A DNA stretch of 64,000 nt from Bacteroidia bacterium (lineage in GTDB: Bacteria; Bacteroidota; Bacteroidia; NS11-12g; UBA9320). Shown here piece after piece: positions 1 through 10,561 of the stretch. Location: contig JAQWNJ010000014.1 of assembly GCA_029268695.1 (NCBI GenBank), positions 751-64,750 of the forward strand. Reading direction: 5' to 3'. The notes under the pieces were generated by a model. It made no database searches, had not been told where the DNA came from, and worked only from the letters and a program-made list of their open reading frames with translations. The translations under genes and the position numbers were made by a program. The first letter of the stretch is position 1; each line of letters opens with the position of its first letter.

Positions 1-121
1 CGAAATCCGCCGTCACATCTTGAGGGTTATTTGGATCCGTATTCACATCCAAATATTTCTCGCAACCGAACAAAGTCAATGCGAAAATCCCTATTAATAT
101 ATAATTACTTATTTTTTTCAT
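1..121 (-). CDS. SusD/RagB-family outer-membrane lipoprotein, N-terminal fragment (gene continues beyond window start)
   Basis: The reverse complement of 1..121 reads MKKISNYILIGIFALTLFGCEKYLDVNTDPNNPQDVTADF. It has a lipoprotein signal with a lipobox Cys followed by the typical SusD N-terminal region, and it lies immediately downstream of a SusC-like gene on the same strand. Confidence 0.6.
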   Translation of the reverse strand, partial: MKKISNYILIGIFALTLFGCEKYLDVNTDPNNPQDVTADF

Positions 122-131
122 TTTCTATTTA

Positions 132-3100
132 TTAAAAGTTAAACTTAAGTGAGAAACCAAATGAACGAGCTGTAGGATTAGCAACGAACTCACCAAATTC
201 AGCTTGATTACCATTACCAAAAGTAGTTACTTCTGGGTCGATAAACTGATTTTCTACTGGTGTCCATAACAATAGGTTTCGTCCAATTATACTAACTGAA
301 GCACCTGCAAAAGGCATGCTTTCTAACATAGAACTTGGCAGTCTATAGGTAAGATTAACCTCTCTCAATTTGGTATATGATTTATCAAATACAAATTGTC
401 TATCACGTGCATCAGCAGTATGATACTCATGCATAACACCTGGGGCTACTGGAGTAGTATTTTCAACATAAACTGGATCTCCATTTTCATCTACACCATC
501 TTCAATTACAGAATTAGGTACGATAAATGGTTTTCTATCATTATAAGTTGTTGTAATGGCATGACCAGTCCAACTTAACATACTTTTTGTATTTGAATAC
601 ATCAACCCACCTTTTCGAATATCTAATAATATACCTAAGCTAAATTGCTTGTAACTAAATGAGTTTTTAAGACCTATAATGTAATCTCGTTGTGAGTTAC
701 CATAAATCTCTTTCTCATCACCTACAACTGGAACTCCGCTCTCATCAACTACTACTTTACCGTCTGGAGAATACTTATATGTATTTCCTTCAAAAACACC
801 AATTGGCATTCCTTGCATTGCGTAATAAGCTGTGGTAGATAATCCTCCTAATGAAACCCTATCTAAAGCGTCATCTAAATCGAGCACCTCATTTTTGTTT
901 CGAGTCATATTACCCGATATGGCCCAATTGAAACCATTTTCGTTTCTAAGAACTTTATAAGTAAGAGCTAACTCAATACCTTTGTTCTCCACTGTTGCTG
1001 CATTTGCATAGAAGTTGCTACTTCCACTACCTGGCGAAACAGGTACTTGTAATATTTGACCCTCAGTTACACGATTATAATAGGTAAACTCTAAGCTTAC
1101 TCTGTTATCATAAAATAAAAGATCAGTTCCAATTTCTAACTCTTTAGTAAGCTCTGGCTGTAAGTCAGGATTCTTAATTCGGTTACCCGCAGTAAAGGCA
1201 TTTGTACCAGTAGCTAAAGGATAAGCAAAATTTCTGAATGGCATAGAGTGACTTGCTTGAGTGTAAATAGAATTAATTACATAAATCGGTGCATCGTTTC
1301 CAGATGAACCATAACCAACTCTAAATTTACCCATTCCCATCCAAGAAGGAAGACCTGAAACTACATCCGTAAATACGAAACTTAAGTTAGCCGCAGGGTA
1401 AAAGAATGAATTATTTTCTTGTGGCAAAGTGGATGACCAATCGTTTCTTGCACTCAAGTTAAGATATAAATAATCTTTGTAAGAGGCAGAAGCCACACCA
1501 TAAAGACCAACTAGTCTTCTCATGTTGTCGTTACGATCAACAGATGGAGTACTTGGGCTATTTGATAAGTTATAGAATCCAGCAATATCTAGTGCTGAAA
1601 CAGACGAGAATAAACTTGTAGAGCTTCTCTCATTTAAATTAAGTCCTCCAATCAAATCAATGTTGATTAGCTTGTTTACATCTTTATTCCACAATAATTT
1701 AAAATCATGATTAAACTGTTGGTTTCCAATAGTTTGTTCAGAAACAAAACCATCATTTTTAACATCCTCATTTGGACCAACAGGTTTTGCAATTGCTTCA
1801 AATCTACTGATATCATGATTCTCTATATCATAACCAAAAGAGTATACACCTTTAAGGTCTCCCATAATGTCCATCTTGGCTGTTAAACCTCCAAAGAATT
1901 TATTAGAAGAGAAATCATTTTTATTTTCGTTCAATGCCCAGTATGGATTCGTTACACCATACGGAGTAAAGTAATCATTGATATTATAAAACTTGTCTTT
2001 ATAATTAGCCATATCAATTACACTCATGTTTCTAGGAATATCAAGAATATTTCTATATACCGAATTTTCTTGTTGTCCAGAAGGAACAAACTGGCTGTTC
2101 GTCATTGCGAGGTTAATAGAACCATCAACCGTTAATTTACCAAAGTTTTGGCTTCCTCTAAATGCAACTGTATTTCTAGTGTATTGGTCTGCATCTGTTG
2201 GAATAATACCATCTTGAGATACATTTGAGTAAGAAGCATAGAAACTATTGTTCTCTCCTCCACCGTTCACACCAACATGAGTTCTGTAATTAGTTCCGAG
2301 TTCAAAGAAATCTCTTACGTTATCTTCTAATGGGGAATATGGTGCAAGTAATTGAGAATTATCAACTTCCTGACCGAAAACTCTCTTCTTGCCATCCATA
2401 ATAGGACCCCAAGAACCATTCTCATCTAGCCAGTGATTACCACTCCATCCTTGGCCATATGTATTTTGAACGTTTGGTAAACGAAGAGGCGTACTGTATG
2501 TTGCATCAAATCCAACATCTACACCAATTGCTTTTTTACCTTTACTAGACGTTGAGCCTTTTTTGGTAGTTATTAATACTACACCATTTGCTGCTCTAGA
2601 TCCATACAACGCAGATGCAGATGAACCTTTAAGAATTTGAATGTTCTCAATATCATCTGGATTAACAGCATTTAAACCGTTACCGAAATCAAAACCTCCA
2701 TTTAAGCTAGTACTGTTAACAGAGCTGTTTGTCATCGGCACACCGTCAATCACAATTAAAGGCTGATTACCTTGAGAAATTGACTGAACACCACGTATAA
2801 CAATACGAGAAGATGCTCCAGGATTTGATGATGCTGAGTTAATCGTAACACCGGCAACCTTTCCTTGCATTCCATTAAGAACTGATCGGTCACCACCCTC
2901 AGTAATCTCTTTTGCAGACACTGAACTTAATGCATAACCAACACTTCGAGAAGATCGTTTAACACCAGCTGCAGTAACGACGACTTCAGATAAGGATTCA
3001 TCGCTAGACATTTTAACACTCAAATTGGTTTGACTCCCAACATTAATGGTTTGAGTTGTAAATCCTACATAACTAATTTTCAACTTAACATTAGAAGCTG

Positions 3101-3302
3101 AAGATGTAATGCTAAAGGATCCATCTGAACCAGTTACTGTTCCATTTGAGGTGCCAATTTCGTTAACCACAGCACCAATTACTGGCTGTGATTCTGAATC
3201 AATAACTGTCCCAGTTATTGTTCTTGATTGAGCAAACGCTGTTGATGTTATTAAGAACACCGTACAGAGTAAACCCGTAATTTTTAATACTAATTTTTTC
3301 AT
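132..3302 (-). CDS. SusC/RagA-family TonB-dependent outer-membrane receptor
   Basis: The 1056-aa ORF has a signal peptide, a carboxypeptidase-regulatory-like N-terminal domain, a plug region, a long beta-barrel and a terminal Phe. It is paired with a downstream SusD-like gene. Confidence 0.9.
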   Translation of the reverse strand: MKKLVLKITGLLCTVFLITSTAFAQSRTITGTVIDSESQPVIGAVVNEIGTSNGTVTGSDGSFSITSSASNVKLKISYVGFTTQTINVGSQTNLSVKMSSDESLSEVVVTAAGVKRSSRSVGYALSSVSAKEITEGGDRSVLNGMQGKVAGVTINSASSNPGASSRIVIRGVQSISQGNQPLIVIDGVPMTNSSVNSTSLNGGFDFGNGLNAVNPDDIENIQILKGSSASALYGSRAANGVVLITTKKGSTSSKGKKAIGVDVGFDATYSTPLRLPNVQNTYGQGWSGNHWLDENGSWGPIMDGKKRVFGQEVDNSQLLAPYSPLEDNVRDFFELGTNYRTHVGVNGGGENNSFYASYSNVSQDGIIPTDADQYTRNTVAFRGSQNFGKLTVDGSINLAMTNSQFVPSGQQENSVYRNILDIPRNMSVIDMANYKDKFYNINDYFTPYGVTNPYWALNENKNDFSSNKFFGGLTAKMDIMGDLKGVYSFGYDIENHDISRFEAIAKPVGPNEDVKNDGFVSEQTIGNQQFNHDFKLLWNKDVNKLINIDLIGGLNLNERSSTSLFSSVSALDIAGFYNLSNSPSTPSVDRNDNMRRLVGLYGVASASYKDYLYLNLSARNDWSSTLPQENNSFFYPAANLSFVFTDVVSGLPSWMGMGKFRVGYGSSGNDAPIYVINSIYTQASHSMPFRNFAYPLATGTNAFTAGNRIKNPDLQPELTKELEIGTDLLFYDNRVSLEFTYYNRVTEGQILQVPVSPGSGSSNFYANAATVENKGIELALTYKVLRNENGFNWAISGNMTRNKNEVLDLDDALDRVSLGGLSTTAYYAMQGMPIGVFEGNTYKYSPDGKVVVDESGVPVVGDEKEIYGNSQRDYIIGLKNSFSYKQFSLGILLDIRKGGLMYSNTKSMLSWTGHAITTTYNDRKPFIVPNSVIEDGVDENGDPVYVENTTPVAPGVMHEYHTADARDRQFVFDKSYTKLREVNLTYRLPSSMLESMPFAGASVSIIGRNLLLWTPVENQFIDPEVTTFGNGNQAEFGEFVANPTARSFGFSLKFNF

Positions 3303-3513
3303 TCGCTTAAGATTTATAACTTAAAAGTGACTGTAAATTAAACACTTTTTTATTTAATTAACATAAAAATAACATTTAAATAACATTCAAATGATATTAA
3401 TACAGTTTATTTTTATATACGAAATAATGCATTTATAATTCCCAGATTGAACGTAAGCTTAATTTTATAATAAGAATAAAAAAACAACAAAACCATAAAT
3501 TCAATCAAGAACC

Positions 3514-3521
3514 TATATTTG
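3514..3521 (+). promoter_or_regulatory. Candidate Bacteroidota -7 promoter box TATATTTG upstream of the DUF4290/murA genes
   Basis: It matches the TAnnTTTG consensus 10 nt upstream of the ATG at 3532, in an AT-rich divergent intergenic region. Confidence 0.3.
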
Positions 3522-3531
3522 TGTTTCCAAT

Positions 3532-4158
3532 ATGGATTTTCAGTATAACACACAACAGGAACGCATTAAATTAACCGAATACGGTAGAGGTGTTCAAGAA
3601 ATGATTGAACATCTGAAACTAGAAAAAGATAGAGATAAGCGAAACGTTCTTGCTCATACTGTCTTTCAAGTGATGGTCAATCTAAACCCCGAAATTAAAT
3701 CTCAAACCAACTACCAACAGACGGTTTGGGATCACATGCATGAAATTGCAAACTATGAATTGGATATTGACAACGATTATCCAACTCCAACCCCAAACAT
3801 CCGCTCCACTAATCCTGAGCTAATAGCCTATAAGGGCATGTTAAGTAAGTATCGATATTATGGTCGTAACTTATTGGAAATGATTGTTGGTGCAGGAAAA
3901 ATGGATGATGGTGAATTGAAAACTATGTATGTTAACTACATCGCATCGTTTATGGTCAACTCATCTAAAAATTGGAATGATGAGTTACTAACCCCTCACC
4001 AGATTGTACAACACCTTGCAGATTTATCCAATGGAAGTTTACAAGTCAATCCCGACACCTTGGCTATTCATATAGAAACTCGAACTAAGCGTCCTCACCA
4101 TCAGAATCGTGGACATAAGAAAAAGAAAAATTACAATTCGAAGTTTAAGAAAAAATAA
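3532..4158 (+). CDS. DUF4290-domain protein (conserved Bacteroidota protein preceding murA)
   Basis: The 208-aa ORF ends in a basic tail and sits directly upstream of murA, abutting it, as is typical for DUF4290. Confidence 0.6.
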   Translation: MDFQYNTQQERIKLTEYGRGVQEMIEHLKLEKDRDKRNVLAHTVFQVMVNLNPEIKSQTNYQQTVWDHMHEIANYELDIDNDYPTPTPNIRSTNPELIAYKGMLSKYRYYGRNLLEMIVGAGKMDDGELKTMYVNYIASFMVNSSKNWNDELLTPHQIVQHLADLSNGSLQVNPDTLAIHIETRTKRPHHQNRGHKKKKNYNSKFKKK

Positions 4159-5463
4159 ATGGGAACATTCAAAATTGAGGGTGGCCATAAATTAAAAGGT
4201 ACACTTACTCCCCAAGGAGCAAAAAATGAAGCTTTACAAATTCTTGCAGCCGTACTCCTATCACCATTAAAAATTACGCTGAAAAACATCCCAGAGATTC
4301 GAGATATTCTTAGAATGATTGAACTCTTAAAAGGTTTGGGTGTTAAAGTAGAAAAACTAGGTAAAGGAGAATACACCTTTCAGTCGGACGAAATCAACCT
4401 GGATTATTTCCATACTGAAGAATTCAGAACCAAAGGAGCTGCCATTCGGGGATCGATTATGATTATTGGACCTCTTTTAGCTCGTTTTGGCATCGGCTAC
4501 ATTCCTAGTCCAGGGGGAGATAAAATCGGCAGACGACGATTGGATACTCACTTTATTGGATTTGAAAATCTAGGTGCAGAATTCATATATAACAAGGATA
4601 CAGGATTTTATAAGGTTGAAGCTAAAAACCTAAAAGGAAGCTATATGCTTCTCGAGGAAGCCTCGGTAACGGGTACAGCCAATATACTTATGGCAGCTTC
4701 CATGGCAGAGGGAACCACGACTATCTATAATGCTGCTTGCGAACCTTACCTTCAACAATTATCTAGAATGATAAATTCAATGGGAGGTAAAATCTCAGGT
4801 ATTGGAAGTAACCTTCTAACTATTGAGGGAGTTAAAGAACTTCATGGTTGTGAGCACACCATTCTACCCGATATGATTGAAATAGGCTCTTTCATTTCAT
4901 TAGCTGCATTAACTCAATCGGAAATTACCATTGAAAATTGTAGAGTAGATCAGTTAGGAATCATCCCAAATGTATATCGAAAGCTTGGCGTACAATTTGA
5001 AATCAAAGACGACAACATCATCATACCAGAAAATAAGCATTATGAAATTGATAGTTTCATTGATGGAAGTATGATGACGATTGCAGACGCTACTTGGCCT
5101 GGTTTGTCACCTGACTTATTGAGTGTAATCCTTGTCATGTGTACACAAGCAAAAGGAAATGTACTTATTCATCAAAAAATGTTTGAAAGCAGATTATTTT
5201 TCGTTGACAATTTAATAGATATGGGTGCCCAAATTATTTTATGCGATCCGCATAGAGCAACCGTTATGGGACTGAACCGAAGAGTGCCTCTTAAAGCTGC
5301 TACGATGGCATCTCCTGATATTAGAGCTGGAGTTTCACTTCTTATTGCAGCAATGTCTGCTCAAGGTACGAGCACCATACACAATATCGAACAAATTGAT
5401 AGAGGATATCAGGATATTGAACATCGATTAAATGCGATTGGTGCTAAAATAACTCGACTGTAA
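4159..5463 (+). CDS. murA: UDP-N-acetylglucosamine 1-carboxyvinyltransferase
   Basis: The 434-aa ORF begins MGTFKIEGGHKLKGTLTPQGAKNEALQILAAVLL and shows MurA/EPSP-synthase-fold family signatures throughout. Confidence 0.93.
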   Translation: MGTFKIEGGHKLKGTLTPQGAKNEALQILAAVLLSPLKITLKNIPEIRDILRMIELLKGLGVKVEKLGKGEYTFQSDEINLDYFHTEEFRTKGAAIRGSIMIIGPLLARFGIGYIPSPGGDKIGRRRLDTHFIGFENLGAEFIYNKDTGFYKVEAKNLKGSYMLLEEASVTGTANILMAASMAEGTTTIYNAACEPYLQQLSRMINSMGGKISGIGSNLLTIEGVKELHGCEHTILPDMIEIGSFISLAALTQSEITIENCRVDQLGIIPNVYRKLGVQFEIKDDNIIIPENKHYEIDSFIDGSMMTIADATWPGLSPDLLSVILVMCTQAKGNVLIHQKMFESRLFFVDNLIDMGAQIILCDPHRATVMGLNRRVPLKAATMASPDIRAGVSLLIAAMSAQGTSTIHNIEQIDRGYQDIEHRLNAIGAKITRL

Positions 5464-5508
5464 ATCTTTTGATTCACCATGTAAAATCTAATTTGTCAGC
5501 ACATTTTG

Positions 5509-5521
5509 TGTCATTATGACA
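5509..5521. promoter_or_regulatory. Perfect 13-bp palindrome TGTCATTATGACA (plus an extra TGTCA half-site at 5494-5498) in the grpE-dnaJ promoter region
   Basis: Read directly from the sequence. It is centred about 23 nt upstream of the TACTTTTG -7 box. Confidence 0.35.
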
Positions 5522-5537
5522 TAAAATTCATTGGCAA

Positions 5538-5545
5538 TACTTTTG
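5538..5545 (+). promoter_or_regulatory. Candidate -7 promoter box TACTTTTG for grpE-dnaJ
   Basis: It matches TAnnTTTG 32 nt upstream of the grpE ATG. No canonical TTTG -33 element lies at 19-21 nt spacing. Confidence 0.3.
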
Positions 5546-5577
5546 CAGTTCAATTAGCCATTTAGAATTTTACCAAA

Positions 5578-6110
5578 ATGCCCAAAGGAAAAAAAGCACA
5601 AGAAGAAGAGGACGTTAAAAAAGATGATTTAAATCTTAATGAAGAAAATCAGTCTGAAGAACCCAAAGAAATTTCTCCTGAAGATCAAATCAATGAATTG
5701 AATGACAAATACCTTAGGTTATACTCTGAATTTGATAACTACCGAAAAAGAACTTCTAAGGAACGATTGGAGCTCTTTAAAACTGCTGGACAAGATATTT
5801 TAACAGATTTACTTCCCGTTCTTGATGATTTTGACAGAGCAATGCAAAATATGGATTCTTCTGATGATACCGAGGCTATTCAGACAGGTATAAATCTGAT
5901 ATACAGCAAATTCAAAAGTATCTTAGAAAACAAGGGGTTAAAACATTTTAAATCCATTGAAACTGAATTTGATCCTTAAGTACATGAGGCAATTACCAAA
6001 ATTCCCGCTCCAAACAAAAAACTAAAAGGCAAAGTAGTTGACGAAATTGAAAAGGGGTATATGCTTAATGATAAGGTTATCCGATTTGCAAAAGTTGTAG
6101 TAGGAGAATA
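5578..6110 (+). pseudogene. grpE: Nucleotide exchange factor GrpE, reading frame interrupted by an in-frame TAA at 5977-5979
   Basis: The 133-aa ORF ends ...KHFKSIETEFDP then TAA. The same frame continues [43 protein letters not shown] then TAA at 6108-6110. Together this reconstitutes the conserved GrpE C-terminal FDPxxHEA...KGY.L.D.V.R.A.V.V region, and dnaJ starts 3 nt later. Confidence 0.8.
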
Positions 6111-6112
6111 AG

Positions 6113-7240
6113 ATGGCAAAGAGAGATTATTACGATGTACTCGGAGTATCTAAAAGCTCCAATGCGGATGAAATCAAAAAGGCATACCGAAAGAAGGCTA
6201 TAAAATATCATCCCGATAAAAACCCAGACAATAAAGAAGCTGAAGAGAAATTCAAAGAAGCTGCTGAAGCCTACGAAGTATTAAGCAACGACGACAAAAA
6301 ACAACGCTACGACCAATTTGGACACGCTGGGGTTGATGGTCAAGGTGGCTTTGGCGGAGGCGGCATGAATATGGACGACATATTTAGCCACTTTGGCGAT
6401 ATCTTCGGAGGAGGCTCTGGAGGAGGAAGTCCATTCGAAAGTTTTTTTGGAGGAGGAGGAAGAAGTGGTCGTCCTCGTCAATCTGTAGGATCTAATATTC
6501 GGATTAAACTGAAATTATCACTCGAGGATGTCACCAAAGGAGTTGAAAAGAAAATAAAGTACAAGAAAAAAGTGGTTGCTCAAGGAGTCACTTTCGAAAC
6601 ATGTAGCACATGTGGTGGCCGTGGATCAGTGACCCGAGTACAAAGTACTTTCTTAGGACAAATGCAAACAAGTAGCCCATGTCCGACTTGCCAAGGGAGT
6701 GGTAAGAAGATTAAAAACATCCCAGCGGGTGCAGACCGAATGGGATTGACCGTCAAAGAAGTCACAACAACTATTGACATCCCAGCGGGTGTATCTGACG
6801 GAATGCAACTTAATGTTCAAGGTAGAGGAAACGAAATGCCTGGTGGAATTTCAGGAGATTTAATTGTATTAATTGAAGAAATCAAGCACGAAAACCTTGA
6901 AAGAGATGGTAACAATATTATTTACAATCTCCATGTAAGTTTTCCTCAAGCCGCTCTTGGATACGATGTTGAAATACCAACAGTATCTGGAAAGGCTCGT
7001 ATAAAAATTGAACCGGGAACACAAAGTGGGAAAGTATTGAGACTTCGTGGTAAAGGGATCCCCGATGTGAATGGTTACAAAACTGGAGACCAACTGGTCT
7101 ATGTAAATGTCTTCACTCCAAAGAAATTAAACAATGAAGAAAAGAAAACATTGCAACAACTACTAGATTCAGATAATTTTACACCAGATCCTACCCAAGA
7201 GAAAGGTTTCTTTGATAAAATGAAGGAATTCTTTAATTAA
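6113..7240 (+). CDS. dnaJ: Molecular chaperone DnaJ (only two CxxCxGxG zinc motifs)
   Basis: It has a J-domain (HPDKN), a Gly/Phe-rich region, CSTCGGRG and CPTCQGSG motifs and a C-terminal substrate-binding domain. It is 375 aa long. Confidence 0.93.
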   Translation: MAKRDYYDVLGVSKSSNADEIKKAYRKKAIKYHPDKNPDNKEAEEKFKEAAEAYEVLSNDDKKQRYDQFGHAGVDGQGGFGGGGMNMDDIFSHFGDIFGGGSGGGSPFESFFGGGGRSGRPRQSVGSNIRIKLKLSLEDVTKGVEKKIKYKKKVVAQGVTFETCSTCGGRGSVTRVQSTFLGQMQTSSPCPTCQGSGKKIKNIPAGADRMGLTVKEVTTTIDIPAGVSDGMQLNVQGRGNEMPGGISGDLIVLIEEIKHENLERDGNNIIYNLHVSFPQAALGYDVEIPTVSGKARIKIEPGTQSGKVLRLRGKGIPDVNGYKTGDQLVYVNVFTPKKLNNEEKKTLQQLLDSDNFTPDPTQEKGFFDKMKEFFN

Positions 7241-9245
7241 ACAACTTATCTAACAAATCATCTTCTACTCCTTGAGCGAGGGTTATTTTTAACTTTTTAT
7301 TGCGTTCCATTTCTCGCTTAATGGCAAATTGAGCATTTGTGTTTCTAGCCCAACTTCGTCTAGCTATTCCATTATTTACATCAAATAAGAGCATGCTTTG
7401 CAATCCTTGACTAGCCCTTTCAGAACCATCTAACAACATTCCAAAGCCTCCATTGATTACCTCTCCCCATCCTACTCCACCACCGTTATGAATACTCACC
7501 CAGGTAGCTCCTCTAAAACTATCTCCAATTACATTATGAATAGCCATATCAGCAGTAAATTTGCTCCCGTCATAGATATTACTCGTCTCCCTATATGGAG
7601 AATCTGTTCCACTAACATCGTGGTGATCTCTACCTAAAATTACTGGACCTTTAAGTTGTCCATGAGCAACTGCTTTATTAAATGCTTCTGCTATTTTGAT
7701 TCTGCCCTCACTATCAGCATACAAAATTCTTGCCTTTGAGCCCACAACCATCTGATTTTCATTTGCCTCATCAATCCACTTAATATTATCCGCCATTTGC
7801 TGTTGGATTTCAGTTGGAGAATCATTCATGATTTCTCGCATAACTCGAGCAGCAATTGCGTCCGTTTGGGCCAAATCCTCATCCAACCCACTGGCACAAA
7901 CCCAACGAAACGGTCCAAATCCGTAGTCAAAACACATCGGACCTAAGATATCCTGAACATAGCTAGGATATTTAAAATCAATTTCATTTTGAGCTAAGAT
8001 ATCAGCTCCAGCCCTACTACTTTCTAATAAAAATGCATTGCCATAATCAAAAAAGTAAGTTCCCTCACTTGTATGAGCATCTACTGCGGCAGCATGTATT
8101 CTAAGGGATGCATAAACTATCTCTTTAAATTTTTTCGGATCATCAGCCATCATTTGATTGCTCTCTTCAAAAGATAATCCAACCGGGTAGTATCCTCCTG
8201 CAAATGGATTATGAAGTGATGTTTGATCACTCCCAACATGAATAAATATCTTTTCCTCAGCAAAACGCTCCCAGACATCAACTACATTGCCTACATATGC
8301 AATACTCACCACCTCCTCTTGATTTTTAGCCTGGGTTACTCTCGCTACCAAATCATCTATGTTATCAATTAATTCATCTACCCAACCTTGACTGTGTCTT
8401 TTATGAGCAGCATTGGGGTTTACTTCTGCACAAATCGTTATACACCCTACAATGTTCCCCGCTTTTGGTTGAGCTCCGCTCATCCCACCAAGACCAGCAG
8501 TGAGAAATATTTTACCAGCGGGTGTATCATCAGCATCTAATTTCATCCTAAATGCATTCATAACCGTAATGGTGGTGCCATGAACTATTCCTTGCGGGCC
8601 AATATACATATAGCTACCAGCAGTCATTTGGCCATACTGAGTAACGCCAAGGGCATTGTATTTTTCCCAATCATCTGGCTTACTATAATTTGGTACCATC
8701 ATTCCATTGGTGACAATTACACGAGGAGCCAACAGACTACTAGGGAATAATCCCATTGGATGTCCGCTGTAAATGTGTAATGTTTGATCTTCAGTCATCT
8801 CGCTCAAGTATTGCATAGTGAGTAAGTACTGAGCCCAGTTTTGAAAAACAGCTCCATTTCCACCGTAGGTGATTAGCTCATCAGGGTGTTGAGCTACAGC
8901 GGGATCTAGATTATTTTGAATCATCAGCATGATTCCCGCAGCTTGAATACTTTTTACAGGATATTCAGCAATTGGTCTGGCATATATTTTATATGCTGGC
9001 TTGAATCGATACATATAAATACGACCAAAATCTTTCAATTCTTGTGCAAATTCTATTGCAAGTTCACTATGCCATTCTTTGGGGAAATACCGTAAAGCAT
9101 TACGAATAGCTAATTTTTTCTCTACCAAACTCAAGATATCCTTTCGCTTGGGGGCTCGATTTATAGCGTGAGATCTCTCCTGTTTTGGAGGCAACTCACG
9201 AGGTATACCGTTGATAATTGATTCTTTGAAACTCACGTTATTCAT
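7233..9245 (-). CDS. hutU: Urocanate hydratase
   Basis: The 670-aa ORF contains the [13 protein letters not shown] urocanase motif and family-wide similarity. Its 3' end overlaps the dnaJ stop by 8 nt in a convergent arrangement. Confidence 0.85.
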   Translation of the reverse strand: MNNVSFKESIINGIPRELPPKQERSHAINRAPKRKDILSLVEKKLAIRNALRYFPKEWHSELAIEFAQELKDFGRIYMYRFKPAYKIYARPIAEYPVKSIQAAGIMLMIQNNLDPAVAQHPDELITYGGNGAVFQNWAQYLLTMQYLSEMTEDQTLHIYSGHPMGLFPSSLLAPRVIVTNGMMVPNYSKPDDWEKYNALGVTQYGQMTAGSYMYIGPQGIVHGTTITVMNAFRMKLDADDTPAGKIFLTAGLGGMSGAQPKAGNIVGCITICAEVNPNAAHKRHSQGWVDELIDNIDDLVARVTQAKNQEEVVSIAYVGNVVDVWERFAEEKIFIHVGSDQTSLHNPFAGGYYPVGLSFEESNQMMADDPKKFKEIVYASLRIHAAAVDAHTSEGTYFFDYGNAFLLESSRAGADILAQNEIDFKYPSYVQDILGPMCFDYGFGPFRWVCASGLDEDLAQTDAIAARVMREIMNDSPTEIQQQMADNIKWIDEANENQMVVGSKARILYADSEGRIKIAEAFNKAVAHGQLKGPVILGRDHHDVSGTDSPYRETSNIYDGSKFTADMAIHNVIGDSFRGATWVSIHNGGGVGWGEVINGGFGMLLDGSERASQGLQSMLLFDVNNGIARRSWARNTNAQFAIKREMERNKKLKITLAQGVEDDLLDKLFN

Positions 9246-9367
9246 CTAATTCATGACAAAGGTCTAATTTGTTTTATATTAACAAAAAGGGTTTCATAAA
9301 GATTGTTTCAAAATTAAAACCATATAATTATCTTTTATTTTCATAAAAACGAGTAATTTGCTACCAT

Positions 9368-10555
9368 ATGAGACCATTCTATTTTCTTATTATCTTTTTT
9401 TTCTGTCTGATATTTATTACAAATGCTCAATCAGACCAATTAGAATATCAAGCCCATCACAAAGACGATATTACAGCAATTGAATTTAGCCCCAATGCAA
9501 ATTATATTGTTTCTGGTAGCTGGGATGAATCTATTATTATTCAAAGAAATGATAGTACCCACAAGGTCATGCAAAAAATTCAGGATAACAGAGGTGCAAT
9601 CAGGTCTATTTCGTTTAGTAGAGACGGATATCATATGATTACAGGAGGTCAAGACGGTAAATTGAATGTCTATCATTTCAATGATTCATTTTTTTCTATT
9701 GCTACATTAGATACTACGCTCATCATCAACCAGAGTCAAATCAATAAGCTAATCTATGACCCTGGCATGAGAATTATCTTTAGTGCTGGAGACGATGGGC
9801 GATTTATTGCATATGACATTGCCAAAGACCGAGTTATCCCTATAAAAACTTCGAGACCTATCTCCGCAGCTGGTGTTGCAATCGACCGCATGAGCTACTT
9901 CATTGCTCATGAAAAAAAAGCGGATATTATTCAATATGATATCATGGGTCGTAAATTAAAAAGCTTCTTAGGACATACCGACCAAATCACAGATGTACTC
10001 GTAACAATTGATCGAAAATACATTATATCAAGCTCCGAGGACAAAACAGTCAGAATCTGGGAAATACGTTCTGGGAAAGAGCTGTTTGCGTTCAAAGACC
10101 ATCGATGGACGGTCACAGATATTGCAACTGATCCCCTCGGAAAATATTTGGTTAGTGGCAGTTTGGACGGCACCGTCCATTTATATCATCTCAAGAATAG
10201 AGAACTTATTAAAACATTTAACCTTGCAGGTTATAAAATTAATGCTTTGGCTTTCTCTCCTAACTACACCAACATTGCTGTAGCTGCACAAAAAGACGAG
10301 TCATCTGATTTCGCAGGTTATTTTCTACTAGAAACCAACTTAAAACACAGAGCTGTAAAAATACCTAAACGCTATATTGTCAAGAAGCAACCCAAAAAAA
10401 AGAAGTTGAGTTCTCCATTGATAAATAAACCTTCATTGGTTAACACCAAAAAAATAAACTCCTTAAAAAAAGACATAAACTCAAACAAGATAAAACCAAA
10501 AAGCAATGAAAAGGTTATTAAAAAGACCGATCAAATTGAAATTAGAATAGATTAA
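9368..10555 (+). CDS. Secreted WD40/beta-propeller repeat protein with a Lys-rich C-terminal tail
   Basis: It has a signal peptide (MRPFYFLIIFFFCLIFITNAQ) and repeated WD40-like units (SGSWD, GGQDG, SGSLDGTVHLYH). The last ~70 aa are K/N/S-rich. Confidence 0.7.
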   Translation: MRPFYFLIIFFFCLIFITNAQSDQLEYQAHHKDDITAIEFSPNANYIVSGSWDESIIIQRNDSTHKVMQKIQDNRGAIRSISFSRDGYHMITGGQDGKLNVYHFNDSFFSIATLDTTLIINQSQINKLIYDPGMRIIFSAGDDGRFIAYDIAKDRVIPIKTSRPISAAGVAIDRMSYFIAHEKKADIIQYDIMGRKLKSFLGHTDQITDVLVTIDRKYIISSSEDKTVRIWEIRSGKELFAFKDHRWTVTDIATDPLGKYLVSGSLDGTVHLYHLKNRELIKTFNLAGYKINALAFSPNYTNIAVAAQKDESSDFAGYFLLETNLKHRAVKIPKRYIVKKQPKKKKLSSPLINKPSLVNTKKINSLKKDINSNKIKPKSNEKVIKKTDQIEIRID

Positions 10556-10561
10556 CTAACC

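Noticed and set aside
6719-6791. 15-nt exact direct repeat ACATCCCAGCGGGTG inside dnaJ
   Set aside because: Both copies encode the peptide motif (N/D)IPAG in frame within one gene. This is an intragenic protein-level repeat, not a mobile-element or CRISPR-type repeat.
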